From: Acidimicrobiia bacterium
GTDB lineage: Bacteria; Actinomycetota; Acidimicrobiia; Spongiisociales; ZC4RG35
Direction: 5' to 3'
Assembly (NCBI GenBank): GCA_965203555.1
Contig: CBDBCY010000004.1
Span: 2,720,001 to 2,784,000, forward strand
DNA length: 64,000 bases
Shown: positions 41,730 through 51,327 of the stretch, piece by piece
Layout of the letters: the number at the start of each line of letters is the position of its first letter
How positions within the stretch are numbered: position 1 is the first letter of the stretch
Position numbers and translations under genes: made by a program
The notes under the pieces: model-generated
What the model saw: only the letters and a program-made list of their open reading frames with translations
What the model was told of the DNA's origin: nothing
The model's database searches: none

Positions 41730-44429
41730 ATGAGCGTTCGCATGATCGAACGATGGTTTCCCTGCGCCGAGGTGTCCGAGCAGTCCGCCCGCGGCTGGGG
41801 GAGAGGCTTCGCCGAGAAAAGCCTATTCACCTGGTTCGCCTCCCGACCACTGGCACAAGCCAAAGCCGCGGTGATCTGTTCGCTGTTGCCCTGGCCCCCC
41901 GAACCGGAAGAACAGGAACGCCTCAAGGAACTCGTACGCCGGGCTATGACCGACTACGACGCGGCCAACCGCGAGTTGCGAGACGAACTGGCCCAGCACT
42001 ACCCGAACGGAGCGAAACTGTGCGACCCGTTCTCAGGACGGGCCATGATCCCCCTCGAAGCAGCCCGCCTGGGAGTCCAAGCGTGGGGAATCGACTACTC
42101 ACCGGTAGCCACCCTGTCGGGAATGCTATTAGCGGACTGGCCCATGCGCGACTGGAACAACGAACCCGACCTGCCCTTCGACGGCTACCAAGAACACAAG
42201 ACGAAACATTTCACCGAACCCCGACTCCTGCGCGACGTGCGGTTCGTTCTCGACCTAGTGGGAGACCGCTACGAACAAGCCATGGACCAGTTCTACCCCA
42301 AAGTAGACGGGAAACGCCCGTGGGGATATGTGTGGGCCGTCACCCTGCCCTGCGTGAACTGCGGCAACCGGTTTCCTCTCACTGGGAGTTTGAAGTTGCG
42401 CAATCCGGGAGTGCGGAAGGGCCTAGCAGATCCTGGACAGTCCTATCGGATCGTAGCCGATACCGAGTCAGGAACGTTCTGGACAGAAGTACATGATGGA
42501 TCACCGGTTGACCAACCCACCTTGGTAAAGGTCAAAGGCAAGCGGGGTAAAACAGCCATCTGTTGCTTCTGCCAACAGGCCCACCCACTGGACACAACCA
42601 GGCGTCTCATGAAAGACCAACTAGGCGAGGATGCTTTGATGGTGGTAGCCGATCACGACCCAGACACGCTTCGCCGATACCGGGTACCAGTTAAAGCTGA
42701 CGAAGCGGGCTTGTCAGGTGTTGATAAAGCGATGAGGATCGAATCTCCTTTCGGAATAGGCTTACCAGCGGTACCCATCGAAAGTATCGATCCACTTCAT
42801 CCAACACTTCGGCCTGTCGGGTATGGATATGACACCTGGGGAGGTTTATGCAATGCCCGGCAGACACTGGGCTTCATTCGGCTGGCCCGCATAATCAACA
42901 GTCTGTACGAAGACATGACTGTCCATGCAACGTTCAGCGCCGAATACGCAACAGCCTTGACGGGCTATGCCGCTTCCAACTTGGTGCGGCGACTAAAACG
43001 AAGCACAAGAAGTGCCACCCTCGGGGTGTCAAGACAGGACACCGGACACATCTATTTCAATGATTCAGGAATTAGCCACAGTTTTGATTACTTCGAGACC
43101 GGGTGCGGCATAGGCCCCGGAACCTGGTCTTCTCTTGGAGTCCACACCGTAAGAAGCCTGGCTAAACAAGTGGACCGGGTGGATGGTCGTCAGGCGATTA
43201 TTCAGCGAGGTTCAGCTACGGAACTGCCACTCTTGGACGGGTCGATGGATGCCGTGGTGACTGACCCACCCTACGACAACATGATCAACTACTGCGATTC
43301 TTCTGATCTGCTATTCGTGTGGTTGAAGCGGGCTTTAGTGACATCTGTACCGTGGTTTGGGATCACCACCGACCCCCACGGACTCCAAGAGAAGACTAAC
43401 GAAGCTGTGATTAAGTGTGGCAAACTCGGTGATGACCATCGTACGGAGTCGCATTACAAAGCGACTATCACAAAAGCCTTCGACCAGGCCCGCCTTAAAA
43501 CTCATCTGGACGGGATAGTCAGTGTTGTGTTTGGTCACGGTGATCCTGACGCGTGGACCCGAGTGCTTACGGCGATCACAGATGCGGGTCTGGTGCTTAC
43601 CGGTTCCTGGCCATGCAGTACCGAACAGGGTGGCAAGCAGACAGGGCAGTTCATTGACAACACGATCATGATGGCTACCCGTGCCGCTCAACCGAACCGC
43701 TCCGTAGGTGATCTTCGCCTCGTTTCCGAGCAAATACGGGAAGAGATTGCCCAACGGGTGCCCGTGTGGACTGCTGATGGGTTGGCAGACTCGGACCAGC
43801 GCATGGCAGCCATCGCCCCGGCTATGGAGGTTGTGGGACGCTACGAAAAGGTGCTAAATTTCACCGGCCAGCCGGTCCCCATAGAAACGTTTCTCGGTTT
43901 GGCGCATCAGGCCGTAGAAGACGCGGCCGACATCCGCATCGACGAGTTCCGCTTAGCCGATTTCGACGAGCGCACCCGGTTTGCTCTGTCATGGGCGCGG
44001 TTGTATGGCAGGAGAGTGGGCGCGGGTTCGGCTGCCCGATGGCAGCGGCTGTCCTACGACGTGACCGAAGCGGATGTGGCGGGAATACTGGTCAAGACCA
44101 GAGGTGGGCAACGGCTGGCCTATGGAATCGAGACTGCCAAACCCTCCCTGGATATCGACAGCGGCTTGATAGATGTCCTGCTGGCTATTGCCGAGTTGGG
44201 GCGTTCCCCGCGGGAGATCGCCACCCTTCTTCATATTGTGGGTCGGGACACCGACGAGCAGTTGTGGGCGGCGATGGGCGAAATGGCCCGGCTTGTTGGT
44301 GAAACCGACCAGGACGGGCAAACGTGGACATGGACGGTCCGTAACCGAAACTTCATCCGCGAGCAAGCGGCACGGACACAAGACCAGCGAGACAGGCCGG
44401 TCGAAACCGGGCAGGGCACCCTCCTATAG
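41730..44429 (+). CDS. DUF1156 Zn-ribbon-containing adenine DNA methyltransferase
   Basis: LFTWFASRPLAQAKA, DPFSGRAMIPLEA SAM-binding motif, CVNC/CCFC Zn ribbon, VVTDPPY catalytic motif. Confidence 0.88.
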   Translation: MSVRMIERWFPCAEVSEQSARGWGRGFAEKSLFTWFASRPLAQAKAAVICSLLPWPPEPEEQERLKELVRRAMTDYDAANRELRDELAQHYPNGAKLCDPFSGRAMIPLEAARLGVQAWGIDYSPVATLSGMLLADWPMRDWNNEPDLPFDGYQEHKTKHFTEPRLLRDVRFVLDLVGDRYEQAMDQFYPKVDGKRPWGYVWAVTLPCVNCGNRFPLTGSLKLRNPGVRKGLADPGQSYRIVADTESGTFWTEVHDGSPVDQPTLVKVKGKRGKTAICCFCQQAHPLDTTRRLMKDQLGEDALMVVADHDPDTLRRYRVPVKADEAGLSGVDKAMRIESPFGIGLPAVPIESIDPLHPTLRPVGYGYDTWGGLCNARQTLGFIRLARIINSLYEDMTVHATFSAEYATALTGYAASNLVRRLKRSTRSATLGVSRQDTGHIYFNDSGISHSFDYFETGCGIGPGTWSSLGVHTVRSLAKQVDRVDGRQAIIQRGSATELPLLDGSMDAVVTDPPYDNMINYCDSSDLLFVWLKRALVTSVPWFGITTDPHGLQEKTNEAVIKCGKLGDDHRTESHYKATITKAFDQARLKTHLDGIVSVVFGHGDPDAWTRVLTAITDAGLVLTGSWPCSTEQGGKQTGQFIDNTIMMATRAAQPNRSVGDLRLVSEQIREEIAQRVPVWTADGLADSDQRMAAIAPAMEVVGRYEKVLNFTGQPVPIETFLGLAHQAVEDAADIRIDEFRLADFDERTRFALSWARLYGRRVGAGSAARWQRLSYDVTEADVAGILVKTRGGQRLAYGIETAKPSLDIDSGLIDVLLAIAELGRSPREIATLLHIVGRDTDEQLWAAMGEMARLVGETDQDGQTWTWTVRNRNFIREQAARTQDQRDRPVETGQGTLL

Positions 44430-44451
44430 GAAAGACACGAAAAGAGCAGTT

Positions 44452-47355
44452 ATGACCAACTCCCCGACTCCGTGGTGGAACATCATGACCCTCCGTCCAG
44501 AGGTGATCACTTCCGGCGGGATCATTTCCGACGTGCGGATGTCGCTCCACAGCGCGGCCATAGCCAGCGGCGTACGCGCTCCCTACTCACGTCCCGACTA
44601 CTACGGAGATATCACCCACCCGGCGGGAAGCCTGGTGGACTTCATGGCCCGGGTGGCGGTGCGTCTCGGGGTTCCCTACTCAACACAGACCCCAGCGGTT
44701 TGGAGACTCGATCAGGCAATGGGAGGGGGAAAGTCCCATGGGCTGGTCGGTCTTTGGCATCTTGCCACCCACCCTCGGCTACTGGCTGCCACCGACCTGG
44801 GTCAACAGGTCATCAAATCCGCTCTTGAAATCACCGGCCGACCCGTCGATCCCGATCTGAACAGTCCCCGCTGTGTGGTGTTGGACTGCGACAACACCAC
44901 CGCCACCGAAGAAGACTTCGGACCCGCCAAATCCCTTGGGGAGAGGTTCCTGTGGCGTTTGTTCCAACCCGACCACAACCCCTACGAAAAATACCGCCCG
45001 CACCTAACGAACAAAGCCAAACTAGGCGAGGCCCTCCAAACCGCAGGCCGTCCGGTCCTGGTGCTGATAGACGAGATCATGGACTACCTGCGGGTCACAG
45101 CCGTTAGCGACTACGACCAGGCTGTACTGGACATGGGATTCATCCGAGCCATGTTGGAAGCGGTCAACAACACTCCCAACTGCGCCATGGTCGTGGCGAT
45201 GATCGCGTCCGACAAGGACAACATGGCCATGACCGAAAAAGGAACCCAACTACGGGCCGAGATGGAAGGACAGCTTCGTCGACACGCTTCCATTACTGCT
45301 GTCACCTCCGGTGGGGACTTCGCCGACATAATCCAAAAACGACTGTTCACTAATCCTCCCCCCGGCGACATCACCGATCTGATATCGGACTCATATGCTG
45401 ACGCTATTACGCCGGCGTGGCAGAACAAGGTGTTCAAGAGATTGAACCATCCCGGCCGGGACGAGTTCCGCCGACAAGTGGCACGGTCGTATCCATTCCA
45501 CCCCAATCTGATCGCTTTGGCGGAGGACGAATGGGCAACCCATGCCGGTTTCCAAAAGGTCAGGTCCACGATCAACGTGTTCGCCTTAGCCGTTTATGAA
45601 CAAACCCGCCGGGGACAATCCGGCGAATGGGCACCACCGCTGATCGACAGCGGCGACCTTCCCCTCGACCATCCGCCCCTCCGAGACGCGTTGCTCAACT
45701 CCGGACTGGTAGAGGACCAAAAAACCAGCGCCAACCTGCGGGAGGTCGCCACCATAGACATAGCCGACCCGCACAATCCCTCCCGGGGAACCGCCCACCA
45801 ACTCGACGCCACACGAGAGCAAACATGGACTTGGGCTGCTCGCAACCCGCGGGCGGCGGAACGAATGGCCACTGCCATGTTCGTTCGGTCTCTCAACCCC
45901 CGGGTGGGAGGGACACGGGGTGCCACCGAAGCAGAAATCCTCGCCGCGTCTTTCGTTCCCACCGGAGGATACGAAACCGGCGACGCCGAAACCGTGTTCG
46001 GACAACTGGTCGAATCCGACCAGGGCATGGCCTCGGTTGACTTCATCCCCGGGCAGGGTCGCCGGGTTCCCAAGCGATGGTTTTTCGAGACCCGCAAAAC
46101 ACTGGAAATGCTCACCCGGGCGGAAAAGACCAGCATTCCCGACGCCGACCGGGACAAAGCAATCACCGATCGGGCGTTCGCTATCGCCCAAAGAACCCGA
46201 AAGCCGTTCGACAAGGTACTACTCGTAGAAGGACCACCAGTCCCCAAAGACGGCGTGACCACAGAAAAAAGCCAGCAGGTACTCAAAGAAGAACTGACCG
46301 ACAGTCGAGAAACCCGCCTTGCCATCTTGGACTCCCGATGGTTCTCTCTGTTCAACGGCGACGACTCCGCCACCCGCGACGCGCTAGAAGCCGGGTTCGG
46401 TCTCGGACCCCGACCACTGAGCACCGAATGGGCATCCTCGCTGGTGTTCGCCTGCGCCAACACCCTCCTACGCGCCCAAGCCCGCGGTCTCGCCGCCGAA
46501 TGGCTGGCCCGCAAACGAGTCTCGGAACTGCCATCCGTCGTCGCCGACTCGGACATGCACCAAAAAGCCAAAGAAGAAACCCGTAAAGCGCAACAACAAT
46601 TAGACAAGCGGGTGAGGCTGTGCTACCAGCACATCGTCTATCTCGCCCCCAAAAGCACCCACCAACGACAGGTGGGATACATCCGGATCAAGAAAGACAC
46701 CAGCACCGCCCTCCAAGCCTCCGACGTGTGGGCCGAACTAAACACCCGAGAAAAAGCCTTCGCTCCCGCCCAGTTCAACAAACAGGCGTTGTTGCACATC
46801 CTACGGGAACGCGACTACGGTCGTCCGTTGCGGGAGATACGAGACATGTGGTGGTCCAACCCGCACAAACCTCTACTCCCCGACGGGGAACGGGAACTTC
46901 AACGCGCGATCTACGAGGCTGTCAGCAACGGCGAAGCAACCCTGGTAGGGGAAAACCGAGAACCCCAACACGTCACCCGAATAGGCGACATCAACTTGAA
47001 CCTCACCACGGTACGCCTGCAACCACCTACACCACCCCCATCCTCGTGCGCCAAATGCAGTCACCCAGTTGACGATTGCGAATGCCCACAATCACCTCCA
47101 CCTCCACCCCCACCTCCGCCAACAGGCAAGCATTGGCAGGTGAACCTCAACACTGCGGCCTCTATCAACACCGAACAAGGCAACGCCGACATCGCTTACC
47201 TGTTGCGACTGCTGGCCAACTACATCGAAGAGGGAAAAATCGAACGGATCAACGACATGGCCCAACTAATAGTCGTCGGCGACCAAGACGACGTGGACGC
47301 CATAGAAGAACTGGCAAAGGACATCGGATCCAACATCACCATCCGCAGAATCTGA
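44452..47355 (+). CDS. DUF499 AAA+ ATPase
   Basis: PWWNIMTLRPEV N-terminus, MGGGKSH Walker A, LVLIDEIMDY Walker B, RSYPFHP, GFQKVR. Confidence 0.87.
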   Translation: MTNSPTPWWNIMTLRPEVITSGGIISDVRMSLHSAAIASGVRAPYSRPDYYGDITHPAGSLVDFMARVAVRLGVPYSTQTPAVWRLDQAMGGGKSHGLVGLWHLATHPRLLAATDLGQQVIKSALEITGRPVDPDLNSPRCVVLDCDNTTATEEDFGPAKSLGERFLWRLFQPDHNPYEKYRPHLTNKAKLGEALQTAGRPVLVLIDEIMDYLRVTAVSDYDQAVLDMGFIRAMLEAVNNTPNCAMVVAMIASDKDNMAMTEKGTQLRAEMEGQLRRHASITAVTSGGDFADIIQKRLFTNPPPGDITDLISDSYADAITPAWQNKVFKRLNHPGRDEFRRQVARSYPFHPNLIALAEDEWATHAGFQKVRSTINVFALAVYEQTRRGQSGEWAPPLIDSGDLPLDHPPLRDALLNSGLVEDQKTSANLREVATIDIADPHNPSRGTAHQLDATREQTWTWAARNPRAAERMATAMFVRSLNPRVGGTRGATEAEILAASFVPTGGYETGDAETVFGQLVESDQGMASVDFIPGQGRRVPKRWFFETRKTLEMLTRAEKTSIPDADRDKAITDRAFAIAQRTRKPFDKVLLVEGPPVPKDGVTTEKSQQVLKEELTDSRETRLAILDSRWFSLFNGDDSATRDALEAGFGLGPRPLSTEWASSLVFACANTLLRAQARGLAAEWLARKRVSELPSVVADSDMHQKAKEETRKAQQQLDKRVRLCYQHIVYLAPKSTHQRQVGYIRIKKDTSTALQASDVWAELNTREKAFAPAQFNKQALLHILRERDYGRPLREIRDMWWSNPHKPLLPDGERELQRAIYEAVSNGEATLVGENREPQHVTRIGDINLNLTTVRLQPPTPPPSSCAKCSHPVDDCECPQSPPPPPPPPPTGKHWQVNLNTAASINTEQGNADIAYLLRLLANYIEEGKIERINDMAQLIVVGDQDDVDAIEELAKDIGSNITIRRI

Positions 47356-47596
47356 AGCTGCTGGTCGCCTGATGCGATGGGTCCGGTCTGGAGTTCGGGA
47401 AAACTTGGGCGTCCCTAGTAACCATTGAAAACTCCGAGAAGGATTGCATGGAAGAACGGAAACCGCGGCAGTCCACGGCTAACTAGCTGACTAAATGAAA
47501 CCCCCAATACCCCACAACCGTGGTGCCGGGTCACTGGGGCATCCCTGATCGAAGCAAACGGCAGGAGCGACATCTGGAAAGAAGTGTCACACCCAA

Positions 47597-47633
47597 TGTG
47601 ATGACGATCATCTTTTTTGTGATGACGATCATC
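47597..47633 (+). repeat. tandem 16-bp repeat TGTGATGACGATCATC (21-bp period)
   Basis: Copies at 47597-47612 and 47618-47633; internal GATGA-N3-TCATC palindrome; related core at 47804. Confidence 0.8.
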
Positions 47634-47803
47634 ATCACCTAAACCCGGGGAACCCCAAACAGAGAGCAATCAAACATTGGAGGACACCGGCCACAATCCC
47701 CCGGACCGGTGCGCCCACCGCGCCGCTTTCGAAATCAAGCCCAGTGACCCACCACCACCCAAACGCCAATACTCAGCAGCCTCCTAGCAGGTCTCCTTTC
47801 GGT

Positions 47804-47854
47804 TGATGACGATCATCGAAAGTCCCCAGAGTCGATCATCGAAATTCCCCACCC
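47804..47854 (+). mobile_element. IS21-like terminal sequence remnant
   Basis: TGATGACGATCATCGAAAGTCCCCA-GAGTCGATCATCGAAATTCCCCAC: TG start and tandem binding-site repeats typical of IS21 ends; no istAB visible. Confidence 0.5.
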
Positions 47855-50800
47855 TGGTTTGGTGTTTTGCCTGGTCAGGGGGCATGGGCGTGGATAGTGT
47901 TTCCACTACATTGGGGGGTTTGGACCCTTTTTTAGGGTTGGGTGATGGTGGTTTTGTCCCAGGTGCGGGTGTCGACTCCGATAGCGGCGAGTGCCCGGGT
48001 TTGGAGGGGGGTTCGTCGGGTGGTGAGGGTGATCTGGTGTTTGTTGGTGGTCAGGTTCACGCGGCGGATGCGGTTGAGCATCCTTAGTGCCCGGGCGGCG
48101 GTGAGGTGTTGGTGGTCGAGGTCGGGATCCCGTACATCGGCTTGGGTGAGAGCGCGGGTGATAAGCGTTTCCATGAGGGCGGCGTAAACACAGACTGCCA
48201 CATGCCCGCGGACCCGTTTTTCGGTCCAGTGTCTTACCGGTCGCAGTCGTAGGAAGTCTTTGAGCACCCGGAACCTGGTCTCAACCTTTTGCAACTGCCG
48301 GTAAGCGGCCACGATCTGGGTGGTGTCGGCCTGGGCGGTGGTGAGACTGGTGGGGCTTGTCAAATCGTCTGTGTGAGGGGGTGGGTTCATGGGTTTCAGT
48401 GGGTTAGGTTCATTCGGTTTGGGAAGTGGATTTCGAGTTGGTTGAGGGCTGTTTTCCAGCCGTGGGTTCCGGTGCCGAGGTTGCCTCCTCTCTTGTTGGT
48501 AATGTTGCGAGCGGCCAGGCGCAGCAGCTTCAGAGCTGATTGGTCGGTAGGGAAATGGCCTCTGGTTTTGGTGACTTTCCGCAACTGGTAGTGAACGCTT
48601 TCCACCAGGTTCGTGGTGTACACCACCCGGCGAAGCTCGGGAGGGAACCGCAGGAACGGGGTGAACTCTTCCCAGGCGCGTCGCCATATTCGTATCACTC
48701 CCGGGTAGCGGTTTCCCCATTGGTCGTCGAGTTCGTCCAACGCCTGGGCGGCTGTTTCGGCGTTCACCGCGGTGTACACGGCCCGCAGCCCTCTGACCAC
48801 CGTTTTGCGGTCTTTCCAGCTGCAAAGCCGCATAGAGGCCCGTATCAGGTGTATGACACAGGTCTGGACCAGCGCCTGAGGCCAAGTGGCCTCAATCGCG
48901 TCCGGGAGTCCTTTCAGACCGTCACAGCACACGATCAGCACGTCCTCGAGGCCTCGGTGGCGTATCTCGGTCAGCACTGACAGCCAGTACTTGGCGCCTT
49001 CGCTGCCGTCGCCCAACCACACACCCAGGACGTGTTTGCGTCCGTCCACATCGACGCCGACCACCACATACGCTGGGCGGTTGACAACAGTTCCGTCGGT
49101 TCGGACCTTGATGACCATGGCGTCTATGTACAGCAGGGGATAGCACCTGTCAAGGGGCCGGTTCTGCCATTCGGTGAGCTCCTCGACGATCCCGTCGGTG
49201 ACCTTGGACACCAGCGCCGGCGACACATCCACACCGTACATGCGCTTCAACTCCGAACGGATATCACGGGTGGACAGACCCCGGGCGTACAGGGCCACGA
49301 TGTTGGCGTTGAAGCCCTCCAAGCGCCGGGCGCCCTTCGGAACGATCTTCGGTTCGAACGTGGCGTTACGGTCACGGGGCACGTCCAGGTCCACCGCGCC
49401 GATCTCGGTAAGGACCTGTTTGGGAGTGGTCCCGTTCCGGCTGTTGCCCGTCCCATGGCCGATCGGGTCACCGTGCTCATAGCCCAGATGATCGGTCAGC
49501 TCCTCAGAAAGGGCCCGCTCCAGCACAGGCTTGGACTATCTCGGCCAACACACCATCGGGACCAAGCAGATCCACACCACCCGCCGCCGCATCAGAAACG
49601 ACCGCTTCCACGAGCTCGTCGGACACCACACCAGCAGCCACACCAGCCGGCTCCGCCATCACATGTTCAGTCATACATCATCTCCTCTCAGGCCGGGCTC
49701 TCACACCAGCCAAACAAATCAGAGAACCCACCTCACACAAACATTTATACAGGCTCGACTGGTGGTCAGCACGTAACGACCCGCCAGCAGCTTTTCATAG
49801 TCATGGTTGTCTTCGTTGTAGTGGTAAAGAAAACGCCCCGGGCCGATCTCCAAGTCGAACAACCGGGCGACCCGGCCGGTGCCGAGGATTCGTTGGGCGG
49901 CTCTCCCGATCTTGGCGGGGTCTTTGACCCCACCGGCGCGGACACGGCGTTCCAACGCCAACAACCGGGTTTCGGCTGTCTTGACGATCTGGGCGGTGCG
50001 TCGGGTGTCCCGCCGAGCACGGGCATCGGACTCGACCACCACAGTGCGGGTACCGTCCTCAAGGACGATGTCCGCCGCTCTGCTGCCGGGCTGGGATAGC
50101 TCCACCCATGCCGTGTCCCGGTCGACAGCGGCCAACGCTTGAGCAGTGATCGAGTCGCGACGCAGCCGGGTGGCCAACAGATGATCGTACCCGGCCCGGG
50201 CGACTGTTTCCAGGTTGGCGCCCGATACCAGACCCGGTCCGCTACTACACAGATTCGGCCTACCGCGAACCGCTTGGCCAGATCACCCAACACCTCGGCT
50301 AGGGTGGACGCGTCGTTGGTGTTGCCCGCGAACACATGATGGGCTATCGGGATCCCATCCTGTGTGCACAACAGACCGATCACTATCTGGGGTCGGTCCG
50401 GACGATGATCCCGCGAATACCCGAACACCCGCGACGGAAACCCTTCGGAGGATCGGGTGGAACCTTCGAAATAGGTGGACGTCAGGTCATAGCACACCAG
50501 CCGCAGGTTTAGGTTGGTCAAATCACATAACCGTCGATACAGATGCTCCTCGGTCTCCGCTTTGACATCGGCCACCGCGTCCAGGGCCCGGTAGTACTGG
50601 TCAAGCGACGGCGCCGACCACCCGGCCGGCATGACCACGTCATCGGTTGTCCATTCGGGCAGGCGACGTTTGGAACAAGGATCCACCAGCCGGTTGGCCA
50701 CCATCGCGAACACCGCATCCTCCAAAGCCCCAGCACCGCGTCTTCTGCCTATATGGGAGAAGAACCCGCCCAACTCCAGCTGATCCCACACCGCTTCTGC

Positions 50801-51193
50801 AGCTGCTACCCCTCCCACCGCAGGTGCCTGCTCGGCCGCTAACGCGTCGACATCGACGCGTCCTTTGTGCAGGTGGCGTTCCAACGCCGAAATGATGCGT
50901 CCCAACTGTCCGGTTTCGCGCAGAGCGGTGACTTCTCCCAGGCGAAGAAGGGTCCGATGAGCGACCTTCGACCCTTTGCGGACCGATTCCACCAACGACA
51001 GGTACTCGTACACCTTGTCGCCCCTCCGACGGCGGGAGGTCTTAACGAACACACCCCACAAAAACCCGCACCCCATCCCACCAACACAATGTCGCCACTA
51101 CAACACCCTACAGAACCAGCCCCTCACAACACAAAACCCCAGGTCAACACACCAATCACCGTCCATCCAACCCCCCGACCCGCCAAATTCCGG
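47855..51193 (-). mobile_element. IS1634-family element copy 1, interrupted by IS256, frameshifted, one terminal IR lost
   Basis: Transposase pieces 51076-49757 and 48352-47932 closely match 56896..58602; IR ACCCGCCAAATTCCGG at 51178-51193; CCC at 50233 versus CCCC at 57785 in the intact copy. Confidence 0.88.
48353..49756 (-). mobile_element. IS256-family element (1404 bp), transposase frameshifted near 49535
   Basis: RNG..PKQV, VPRDR, YIDA, CCDGLKG, QTCVIHLIR, YTTNLVES; imperfect IRs GGGCTTGTCAAATCGTCTGTGTGAG / GAGCCTGTATAAATGTTTGTGTGAG; 8-bp TSD GACTGGTG at 48345-48352 and 49757-49764. Confidence 0.93.
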
Positions 51194-51327
51194 TCAAACC
51201 ATCCCCTGTTGTTCAAAGGACCATCCCCAAGGGCAACGACGCCGTCGGTTTTATATCCCACGCTGCTAGCCGCGAAAGGCGACCATCTGCGCAGTTGGGC
51301 GTGTCTGCAGTTCAGCTTAGGTGGGAC

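Noticed and set aside
38411-47355. Canonical BREX, DISARM or type I/III RM
   Set aside because: No PglZ, DrmA/B, HsdS or Res/Mod architecture is recognisable; the domains fit the DUF1156/DUF499 trio.
47585-47854. CRISPR array
   Set aside because: Only 2-3 short repeats with no unique 30-40 bp spacers; no array was seen anywhere in the window despite the cas4 remnant.
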